This document shows positions 31,830 through 42,166 of a stretch of 64,000 nt of DNA, piece by piece. The stretch is from assembly GCA_963758635.1 (NCBI GenBank), contig CAVWWD010000003.1, positions 448,001-512,000 of the forward strand, in the 5' to 3' direction. Every line of letters starts with the position of its first letter. Within the stretch, counting starts at the first letter, position 1. This stretch comes from an uncultured Candidatus Rokubacteria bacterium. GTDB taxonomy: Bacteria; Methylomirabilota; Methylomirabilia; Rokubacteriales; CSP1-6. The translations under genes were made by a program, and so were the position numbers. The notes under the pieces are model-generated. The model did not search any database. It worked only from the letters and a program-made list of their open reading frames with translations, and was not told the DNA's origin.

Positions 31830-32846
31830 TCACTCGATCCGGCGGTCGGCCCGCGCGAGCACGGCGCGCGGGATCGTCAGGCCGATCGCCTTGGCCGTCT
31901 TCAGGTTGACGACCAGCTCGAGCGCCGTGGGCCGCTCGATGGGGAGCGTGCCCGGCGCCGCGCCTTTGAGGATGCGATCGACGTACACGGCCGCACGTTC
32001 GTGGAGGACATCGAGGTTGACCCCGTACGCGGCGAGGTAGCCGGCCTCGGCGGACTGGCGGAACTGGCCGAAGAGGGGCAGGCGGGCCTTGATTGCCTCG
32101 CCGGCGATCTGCGCGCGATGGGCGCCGATCATGGCCGTCTCGCCCACCCGGAGCGCCTGCACCCCGTCGCGCTTCGAGGCTTGGAGCAGCCGCGCAAAGT
32201 CCGCGGGGCCGCGCACCTCGAAGAAGCGCAGATCCAGGCCGAGGGCGCGCGCGCCCGCGGTCATGGGCTCGACGAAGCGACGGTTCTCGGGCGCGTCGGC
32301 GGCTCCGAAGGCGGTGGCGTCCCAGACCGTGCCCACCCGCGTCACGTCCGCCACGGTCTCCTTGATGAGCTCGAGCTGCTTGGCGGGTAGCTCGGGGTAG
32401 CTCGCGGTGAGCCCGGTGATGTTTCCGCCGGGGCGGGCCAGGGTCTCGGCGAATCCCTCGGCGACGGGGTCGGCGCCGGCGACCGCGACGATGGGGATGG
32501 CCGTGGTCGCCCGCCGCGCGGCGACGCGCGCCTCGGGGCCGATGGCGTAGATCACCGCCACCTTGGCGCGCACCAGCTCGGCGGCCAGCTGGGGCAGCCG
32601 CTCGCCGCGTCCCTCGTCGCGCTTCCACTCGATCACGACGGTGCGGCCGTCCTCGTGGCCGAGCGCGCGGAGCTTTTCGGTGAACGGCTGTACGGCTCCC
32701 ACGGTACGAGCCATCATCAGCACGCCGACCCGCGGAGGTGGGGCGGCGTTCAGGGGGGGCGACACGGCCAGGCTCAGCAACGCCACCAGGATGGCGCCGA
32801 CGAGGGCGCCACGCGAGCGCCCCACCGCCGGAAGGAACTCATTCAT
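31830..32846 (-). CDS. ABC substrate-binding protein (ABC_sub_bind/Trp-Tyr-like family)
   Basis: DPVAEGFAETLARPGGNITGL, YVDRILKGAAPGTLPIERPT..ELVVNLKTAKAIGLTIP. Confidence 0.9.
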   Translation of the reverse strand: MNEFLPAVGRSRGALVGAILVALLSLAVSPPLNAAPPPRVGVLMMARTVGAVQPFTEKLRALGHEDGRTVVIEWKRDEGRGERLPQLAAELVRAKVAVIYAIGPEARVAARRATTAIPIVAVAGADPVAEGFAETLARPGGNITGLTASYPELPAKQLELIKETVADVTRVGTVWDATAFGAADAPENRRFVEPMTAGARALGLDLRFFEVRGPADFARLLQASKRDGVQALRVGETAMIGAHRAQIAGEAIKARLPLFGQFRQSAEAGYLAAYGVNLDVLHERAAVYVDRILKGAAPGTLPIERPTALELVVNLKTAKAIGLTIPRAVLARADRRIE

Positions 32847-33133
32847 CGGCGCGTCTCCTCACCAGCCGGCCGTCCCGCCCCGTCGAACAGGGCGAGAGCA
32901 TCGTCGTCCAGGGGCGCGTCGAAGCCTCGCTTCAAGCGAAATCGTCCCTTCCCCTTGCCAGGAACCCGCAGCGCAGTGGCCGGGTCGGCCAGGGGCACGA
33001 GACGGGCTCGAGGCTTCCCGGCCCGGGCCAGGATGATCTCCTCGCCACCGGCCGCCCGCTCGATGAGCTCGGGCAGGCGGGCCTTGGCGTCGGCCACGTT
33101 GACAACGATGCTGGTCGCTCGTCGAGACGCCAC
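32843..33133 (-). CDS. Phd/YefM (prevent-host-death) antitoxin
   Basis: VNVADAKARLPELIERAAGGEEIILARAGKPRARLVP; RBS AAGGAGGT. Confidence 0.88.
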   Translation of the reverse strand: MASRRATSIVVNVADAKARLPELIERAAGGEEIILARAGKPRARLVPLADPATALRVPGKGKGRFRLKRGFDAPLDDDALALFDGAGRPAGEETRR

Positions 33134-33146
33134 GGGTACACCTCCT

Positions 33147-33194
33147 TGACCATCCTGGTCATGCGATCGTAGCCGGGCCTGACCATGATGGCCA
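33147..33194. promoter_or_regulatory. Two palindromic operator-like sites upstream of the Phd antitoxin
   Basis: TGACCA-N3-TGGTCA (33147-33161) and TGACCA-N3-TGGCCA (33180-33194). Confidence 0.6.
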
Positions 33195-33213
33195 GTCCGG
33201 GTCCCTCGCGGCA

Positions 33214-33262
33214 CGCTGACCGCGCCGGCCCGCCGGGGCGCTTCGCCGGGATCGCCTTGACG
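33214..33262 (+). repeat. 49-bp direct repeat, copy 2; ends in TTGACG, the likely -35 of the downstream gene
   Basis: 48/49 identical to 31488-31536; CAATAT 18 nt downstream. Confidence 0.95.
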
Positions 33263-33419
33263 CTCTCGCCGGGCGCGGCGCAATATCGGGCGCGTCGGGC
33301 GGCGGCGGCAGGCGAAGCGAGCCGCAGGCGAGCGGAGCGTACATGGAAATGCTGTGGACACAACCGGCGACGCAGGCCGACGCGGCGACGTGACGCCGCG
33401 GGCCGACCAGGAGACTCGC

Positions 33420-34683
33420 ATGGCCTACGACCTCGTGGTCCGCGGTGGACGCGTCATCGACCCCGCTCAGAAGATCGACGGAATCCGCGACGTGGCGATC
33501 CGCGACGGCCGCATCGCGGCGGTGGAGCCATCCATTCCGCGCGAGGCGGCGTCCGAGGTGGTGGACGCGTCCGGCCGGCTCGTGCTGCCCGGGCTGATCG
33601 ACACCCACGCCCACGTGTACCGGTACGTGACGGGGCGCTTCGGTCTCGACGCGGACATGGTGGGCGTCCACTCGGGCGTGACGACGCTCGTGGACCAGGG
33701 GGGCCGAGCTGCATGACGCTGCCCGGCTTCCGGGAGTTCGTGGTGAAGCCGGCGCGGAGCCGGATCCACGCGTTCCTGTCCACGTACCTGGTCGGCGGCC
33801 TCGAGGGCCACTTCTACCCCGCGCTCTACCGGCCGGACTGCGTGGACGTGGACGGCCAGCCGTGCGCGCGGCGCGCGCCAACCCCGACCTGGTGCGGGGC
33901 ATCAAGGCCCACGCCGAGATCGGCGGCATGTCGCGCTGGGGTCTCGACGTCCTGCGGCTGGCCGCCCGCATCGGCCGCGAGGCCGATCTGCCCGTGTACG
34001 TGCACTTCGGCCAGCTCTGGCCCCTGCCCGAGACGGGCGCGGGCGGCGTCGATCCCGACGCCGTGCTGCCGAGCGCGCTCGAGGTCCTCAGGCCGGGTGA
34101 CATTCTCGCGCATCCGTTCACGCGGCATCCCGGCGGCTTCGTCGACCGGAACGGCCGCGTGCACCCGGTGGTCCGGGAGGCCCTCGCGCGAGGTCTGCGC
34201 GTGGACGTGGGCCACGGGTCGCACTGGAGCTTCAAGATGGCCCGCATCGCGCTGGACGCGGGCATCGTGCCGCACACGCTCGGCGCCGACATGCACGGCT
34301 ACAACACCCGCGTGCCGCCGCCCTCCGGCACGCCGGAGGCGCACCCCGACGAGACGCACGCCGCGGCGGGCCAGTCGCCGTTCAGCCTCGCGTCCGCGAT
34401 GACGTCGATGATGGCGTGCGGTGTCTCGCTGGAAGACGTCGTGCCGATGGTCACGTCGAACGCGGCGGCGATGCTGGGCCTCGAGGGCGAGATCGGTACC
34501 CTTCGGCCCGGTGTGGTCGCCGACGTCTCGGTGCTGCACGACGAGCGCGGCCGGTTCCTGCTGCGCGACGGGGAGGGCACCCAGGTGATCGCCGAGCGGC
34601 AGCTCCGCCCCGCCTTCTGCCTGCGCGCCGGGAGCCGGTTCGAGGCGGACGCGCCCATCCTGCCGCGCGCGGTGGCCGCGTAG
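33420..34683 (+). CDS. Amidohydrolase/deacetylase family metallohydrolase (dihydroorotase-like); frameshifts near 33705 and 33858
   Basis: GGRVIDP, PGLIDTHAH, GIKAHAE, DVGHG, LGADMH, GTLRPGVVADVSV. Confidence 0.88.
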
Positions 34684-34709
34684 GGCGCGCTGATCCGCCT
34701 CCGCCGCCG

Positions 34710-37028
<2,319 letters not shown>

Positions 37029-37068
37029 GTCGTCCTCCGTTGCCGCCGTGGCTACGGGGCGGCTCCGG

Positions 37069-37102
37069 AAACGACGCGGCCGCCTCGAGCTTCGGGGCGG
37101 CC
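37069..37102 (-). terminator. Attenuator terminator hairpin of the trpS leader
   Basis: GGCCGCCCCGA-AGC-UCGAGGCGGCC followed by GCGUCGUUUCC on the minus strand. Confidence 0.65.
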
Positions 37103-37133
37103 TGTTGGAATTGCGGTCAGGGCAGGGGCCGCC

Positions 37134-37184
37134 TCAGGGGAGCGGCCACCACCAGCAGGAGCGGAGCAACGTCGCGGTCGGCAT
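37134..37184 (-). CDS. Trp leader peptide MPTATLLRSCWWWPLP
   Basis: Three tandem TGG codons upstream of trpS; TTGACG-N17-CACCAT lies 6 nt before the ATG. Confidence 0.88.
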   Translation of the reverse strand: MPTATLLRSCWWWPLP

Positions 37185-37225
37185 GCGGGAATGGTGTCAC
37201 GGCGCGCACGGGCCGTCAACGCGAC

Positions 37226-37302
37226 GCAGCATCGGGGGGTCAGGTCTTGATTTCGCACATGCCGACCGTGTTGCATTTCAAGATGTGACCGCGGGTGTTG
37301 CA
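37226..37302. repeat. REP-like inverted pair (CAAG-N4/5-TGACCCCG-ATGTTGC family)
   Basis: GGTCAGGTCTTGA ... TCAAGATGTGACC; related to 55492-55539. Confidence 0.65.
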
Positions 37303-37322
37303 CGCGCCGCGGCCGCGGCTCT

Positions 37323-38116
37323 CTAGGGGGCGGGCGCGGTATCGGCGAGGCCCCGGAGGATGGCCCGCTCCACCGCGCACAGCCCGGGACCGTCGCGCAG
37401 GGCGAAGGGCTGACGGTGCGCGATCTCGGGCTGCGCGATGATCCGCGGCCGCGCGCCTCGATGCGGCCAGGTGGCGCGGTGGACGAGGAAGGGGTGGCAG
37501 ACGTACACGTCGCCGGCCTGCCCGGTGGCCCGGACGCGCGGCCGCTCGAAGGTCGCCGCGCCGAGCCGCGGGGCCACGTCGCCGGAGAGCATCCCGCGCT
37601 CGCCGTGCGGCGCGAGCACGCGCGGCACGTCCAGGTGCGACCCCACGATGAGCTCGGTGGGCGCGTCGTCATCGCCGACGTTGGTGAAGAGGAACAGGGC
37701 GAGGAGCGCGCGCCGCCGGCTGTGCACGTTGACCCACCACGCGCCGTCCACGTCGTAGCTGCCGTCGATGTGCCACCCGGCGTCGCCGGGATCGCGCGCG
37801 CTGGGGAACCGGACGGGGATCGTGCCGCCCACCCCGTAACGCTCGAGCCAGCGGGCCTGGCCGCGGAGCGCGTCGTAGGCGCGCCACAGCGCGGGAGACG
37901 TGCCCGGCGGCCGCGAAGGCCGGGCCCTCCGGGCAAGGAATGCGAACGACGGGCTCGTCGCCACGTGGCCGGATCGTCGGCGTCGACGCCGTGACCGCGC
38001 AGCTCGGCCGCGATGGCCTCGACGCACGCGCGGACGACGTCTGGGGCGACGGCGCCGCGCACGATCAGGAAGCCGTCCGCGCAGAACTGCTCGACGTCCG
38101 GCGTGTCGGGTGACAT
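37323..38116 (-). CDS. Phytanoyl-CoA dioxygenase family protein; frameshifts near 37900-37970
   Basis: FCADGFLIVRGAV, GWHIDGS, GSH, AGDVYVCHPFLVH. Confidence 0.85.
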
Positions 38117-38255
38117 CGGTCGAGCTTACCGCATCGCGGGGTCTCGCCTGGAGCGCCCTGCCGAGGCAACTCGCCCCCCGCCACGATACGATTGACGCCG
38201 CGGGCCGCGTGGCCGATCATTCAGGGCGGTACCCGAGGGAATCCGGAGCGCATCC

Positions 38256-38683
38256 ATGTCCGATCAGGCGCTGAACACCGTCCGCGACCGCGCGCGGGAG
38301 AACCTGTTCTGGCGCCATCTGGGCATCGAGGTGGACGACGCCCGCGAGGGGTGGGTGCGCCTGCGCGTGCCCCTGCGTGACCCGCTCCGGAACGCCGCCG
38401 GCGCGCCCGTGCACGGCGGGGTCTACAGCGCGCTGGTGGACACCGCGGTGGGGGGCGCGCTCTCGACCATGCACGATAACGCGGCGGGCGGCGTGGGGCA
38501 GACCACGCTGGACCTGAACGTGAGCTTCATCTCGGAACGAGCGACAGCGACGTGTTCGCGGAGGGGCGCATCCTGCGCCGCGGGCGGACGATCGCGTTCG
38601 GCGAGGCGACCATCACCGACTCGGCCGGACGGCTCCTCGCCGTCGGCCGGGCCACCTACATGATCCTGGCCCCGCGCAGCTGA
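38256..38683 (+). CDS. PaaI family hotdog thioesterase; frameshift near 38540
   Basis: VHGGVYSALVDTAVGGA, TTLDLNVSF. Confidence 0.88.
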
Positions 38684-38717
38684 GCGGGGCAGGACGGCAG
38701 AAAAAGGAGACCGAAGC

Positions 38718-39690
38718 GTGCCAAAGATCCTCTTCTCGCCCCCCACCTCCAAGACCATCGTCGACATCGGCCGCGGGATGCTGCCCCAGGGCTACGAGTT
38801 CGAGGTCGCCGAGATGGGCACGCCCGAGTTCGCGAAGGCCATCACGGAAGCGGACTTCTACCTGGGATTCGTCCGCGGCGGCATGGACGCGGCGTTCTAC
38901 AAGTCGGCGCCCAAGCTGAAGCTCATCCAGCTCATCAGCGCCGGCTACGACCGGCTCGACGTGGCGGCGGTGCGCGCGGCGGGCGTGCCCGTGGCCAACA
39001 ACGGCGGCGCCAACTCGGTGGCGGTGGCCGAGCACACGATCATGCTGATCCTGTCCGTGCTCAAGCGGCTGGCCTGGCACCACGCCAACGTCTCGTCGGG
39101 CAAGTGGCGCGTGGGCGACTCTCGGCGAGCAGCGCTGCTACGAGGCCGAGGGCAAGACGCTCGGCATCGTGGGGCTGGGCACCATCGGCAAGAAGGTGGC
39201 GCGGCGCGCGCAGCCCTTCGACATGCACCTCCTGTACTACGACATCGCGCGCCTCACCGAGGACCAGGAGGACGCGCTCGGCGTCCGCTTCGCGCTCCTG
39301 CCCGAGCTGCTGCGTGTCTCGGACATCGTGACGCTCCACGTGCCCTTGAACGACAACACGCGCAACATGATGGGGGCCAAGGAGTTCGCGCTGATGAAGG
39401 ACAGCGCGATCCTCATCAACACGTGCCGCGGCCCGGTGGTGAACGAGGACGCCCTCTACCAGGCCCTCACCACCCAGCAGATCGCCGCCGCCGGCCTCGA
39501 CGTCATGACGGAGGAGCCGCCGAAGACCGACCACCCGCTGTTCAAGCTCGACAACGTCACCCTCACCCCCCACACGGCGGGCCCCACGCTCGAGAACTGG
39601 ACCAAGGCCTTCCGGAACGCGTTCGACAACATCCAGCGGGTGGCCCGCGGCGACAAGCCGCTGTGGGTCATCCCCGAGCTGCGCGCCTGA
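38718..39690 (+). CDS. D-2-hydroxyacid dehydrogenase; frameshift near 39125
   Basis: AGYD, GIVGLGTIG, LHVPL, INTCRG, TPHTAG. Confidence 0.92.
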
Positions 39691-39727
39691 GCGCCCGCGA
39701 GGGCAAACCACAAAAGGAGCCAGAGAC

Positions 39728-40230
39728 ATGGCGATCAAGGCTGGTGACAAGCTTCCCGATGGCACCCTCACCGAGTTCGTCGAGGAAGAGCGTCCGGGCT
39801 GCACCGTGGGCCCGAACGCGTTCAAGGTGTCCGACCTCGCGAAGGGCAAGAAGATCGTGATCTTCGGCGTGCCCGGGGCCTTCACCCCGACGTGCTCGGC
39901 CAAGCACGTGCCGAGCTTCACGGCCAACATCGACAAGCTCCGCGCCAAGGGCGTGGACGAGGTCTGGTGCCTGGCCGTGAACGACGCCTTCGTGATGGGG
40001 GCGTGGGGCAAGGACCGAAGGCCGGCGGCAAGGTGCGCATGATGGCCGACGGCAGCGCGAAGTTCACCAAGTCGCTCGGCCTCGAGCTCGACCTGGTCGA
40101 GCGCGGCATGGGCACGCGCTGCCAGCGCTTCTCGCTGCTCGTGGACGACGGCACGGTCAAGAGCGTCAACGTCGAGGCGCCCGGCAAGTTCGAGGTCTCG
40201 GACGCCGACACGATGCTGAAGCAGCTGTAG
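39728..40230 (+). CDS. Peroxiredoxin (Prx5 type); frameshift near 40015
   Basis: VPGAFTPTCS, VNDAFVMGAW. Confidence 0.93.
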
Positions 40231-40258
40231 CCCGCATCTCCGCGCTCTCGCGTCTTCC

Positions 40259-40288
40259 GGGCGCCCTCATCGCGAGGTGAGGGCGCCC
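40259..40288 (+). terminator. GC-rich hairpin after peroxiredoxin
   Basis: GGGCGCCCTCA...TGAGGGCGCCC; weak U tract. Confidence 0.45.
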
Positions 40289-40646
40289 GCTTCGTCCCCG
40301 CCGCCGGCTCCTTGCTCGCCCGCGCGCGCCACGCTATAGTCCAGCTGTGCACCACCGCGTGCGAGATCGTCGGGCTGTGCATCGCCGCTGATCCCAGTAG
40401 GCCGTTCACGCCGACCCGGATCGGACCATCCGACGGGACACGCATCTGCGCGAAGGCCGCGCGGCCGGTCGTCTTCTCACGCATGCGGCGCACGCGCGCG
40501 GCGAACCTCGCCGGGATCGGGACGCCGGGCTAAAGAGCGCGCACGCTGGCCGGCTCGTCAGCGCACCTCACGCCCGGCGGCAAGCGCGGCGACCGGGCAG
40601 TTCCCTCCAGTAGGCCGCGCGCGGGACCCTGACGCCGGAGCTCCAA

Positions 40647-41022
40647 ATGATCGAACACCGTCTGGACACGACGCGCTCGATCCTCCACGTCCGACCGAAG
40701 TCCGCGCTCGCGCGGGAAGACTTCGCTGAGCTCGCCCGGGCGGTCGACCCTCACATCGAGGCGACCGGCGGCCTCGCCGGCCTCATCGTCGAGCTCGACG
40801 CGTTTCCCGGATGGGACAGCCTGGGGGCCATGGTTGCTCACTTCCGCTTCGTTCGCGACCACCACCAGCGCGTCCGGAAGGTCGCCGTGGTCACCGACGC
40901 CGCCCTGGGCGACATCGCCGAGAAGCTGGCGTCTCACTTCGTGGCGGCGAAGATCAGGCACTTCGCCGGCCGGCCACGCCGATGCCGCACGACACTGGAT
41001 CATGAGCGCGGATCCGGCATGA
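40647..41022 (+). CDS. STAS/SEC14 (SpoIIAA-like) protein; frameshift near 40972
   Basis: FPGWDS..AMVAHFRFVRDHHQRVRKVAVVTD. Confidence 0.85.
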
Positions 41023-41052
41023 GCGTTCCGCGGGAGACCTAGCTCGCCGTGG

Positions 41053-41881
41053 TCAGCGGAGGAGCTGGCCGGCGGCGCGGATGCGCGCCGAATCGAACGG
41101 CGGCTCCACGAGCAGGATCACCCGGTCCACGCCGAGGCGCTCCAGCGACTGGCGCGTGGAGGCGTCGGGCCTGAGGTAGGAGTCGCGGAGGCCGCCGAAC
41201 ACCGTCACGACGAGGCCGGCGGGATCGCGCCCGGAGTTGGCGCGCGCCACGCGCGCCACGCCGATCAGGTCGGCGAGCTGCGGATGGCCGGCCTGGGTGT
41301 TGATGCCGTCGGCGTGACTGCCCGCCGATCGCCGCCATGCGCGGGCCGAACCCGCCCACGATGATCGGCGGCGGCGGATCCGGCCGGAGGAAGCCACTCG
41401 GCCGCTCCAGCCGGTAGTGGTCGCCGTGGAAGCTGGACGCGTCGCCCGCCCAGAGCCGCTTCATCACCTGCGCCGCCTCGGCGACCCGCTCCGCGCGGAT
41501 CCGGTCCGGCGCCACCGGGATGCCGAGCGACTCGTGCTCCACGGCGTACGACATGCGCCGGTGCGCGCCGGCGCCGAGCCCCAGGAGCAGGCGGCCGCCG
41601 GAGACCTCCTGGAGCGTGGCCGCCATGTTCGCGAGCAGGCCGGGATGGCGCGCGCTCACGTTCAGGACCAGCGGTCCCAGCATCACGCGTGTCGTGACGG
41701 AGGCCAGCGCGGTCAGCACCGTCCACGCTTCCGGCACCCGCGACGACGCGGCGCCGTCGGGATCGCGCAGGTGATCCCACGTCCAGAGACCATCGAAGCC
41801 GGCTTCTTCCGCGGCGATCGCCGCCTCGCGCATCTGGGACCAGCGCGCGCCCATCGGCATGAAGAGCAGGTCGGTCTTCAC
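41053..41881 (-). CDS. LLM-class flavin-dependent oxidoreductase; frameshift near 41320
   Basis: AEEAGFDGLWTWDHL, SGGRLLLGLGAG. Confidence 0.88.
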
Positions 41882-41988
41882 GGCGGCAGTATGGTCCAGG
41901 GCGGCGTGCCGGTAAAGGCCGAGCCGCCGCTCGCGTCCCGGCGGGACAAGCGTTGTGTCCGGCGCCAGGCGCGTGCTATGGTCTCCGC

Positions 41989-42039
41989 ATGAGTCGAATT
42001 AGACCGTCAGCCATAGGCCGGGGAGAGTCCGTGAGCTGA
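41989..42039 (+). CDS. Putative Ile leader peptide MSRIRPSAIGRGESVS
   Basis: ATT and ATA Ile codons; extended -10 TGCTATGGT 6 nt before the ATG; overlaps alternative hairpins. Confidence 0.7.
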   Translation: MSRIRPSAIGRGESVS

Positions 42040-42065
42040 CGGTCGTTTGCATCTCTGTTCCATCA

Positions 42066-42105
42066 CACGCGGCCGTCAGGGTTCCCTGGCGGCCGTCGTG
42101 CTTTT
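42066..42105 (+). terminator. Attenuator terminator upstream of ileS
   Basis: CACGCGGCCGUCAGG-GUUC-CCUGGCGGCCGUCGUG then CUUUU. Confidence 0.75.
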
Positions 42106-42166
42106 CGCTCTCGCGCACGTGGACCGCCGCCGGGAACCCTGACACCGCAGACACGGGGAGCCGGAC

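Noticed and set aside
31537..33213. Integron cassette array
   Set aside because: No attC-like sites or integrase recognisable
33290..33410. Possible degenerate MITE in the amidohydrolase leader
   Set aside because: Only vague resemblance; no second copy or clear terminal repeats in the window
41940..42166. T-box riboswitch upstream of ileS
   Set aside because: No GGTGGNACCGCG T-box motif or stem I features; the uORF attenuator explains the hairpins
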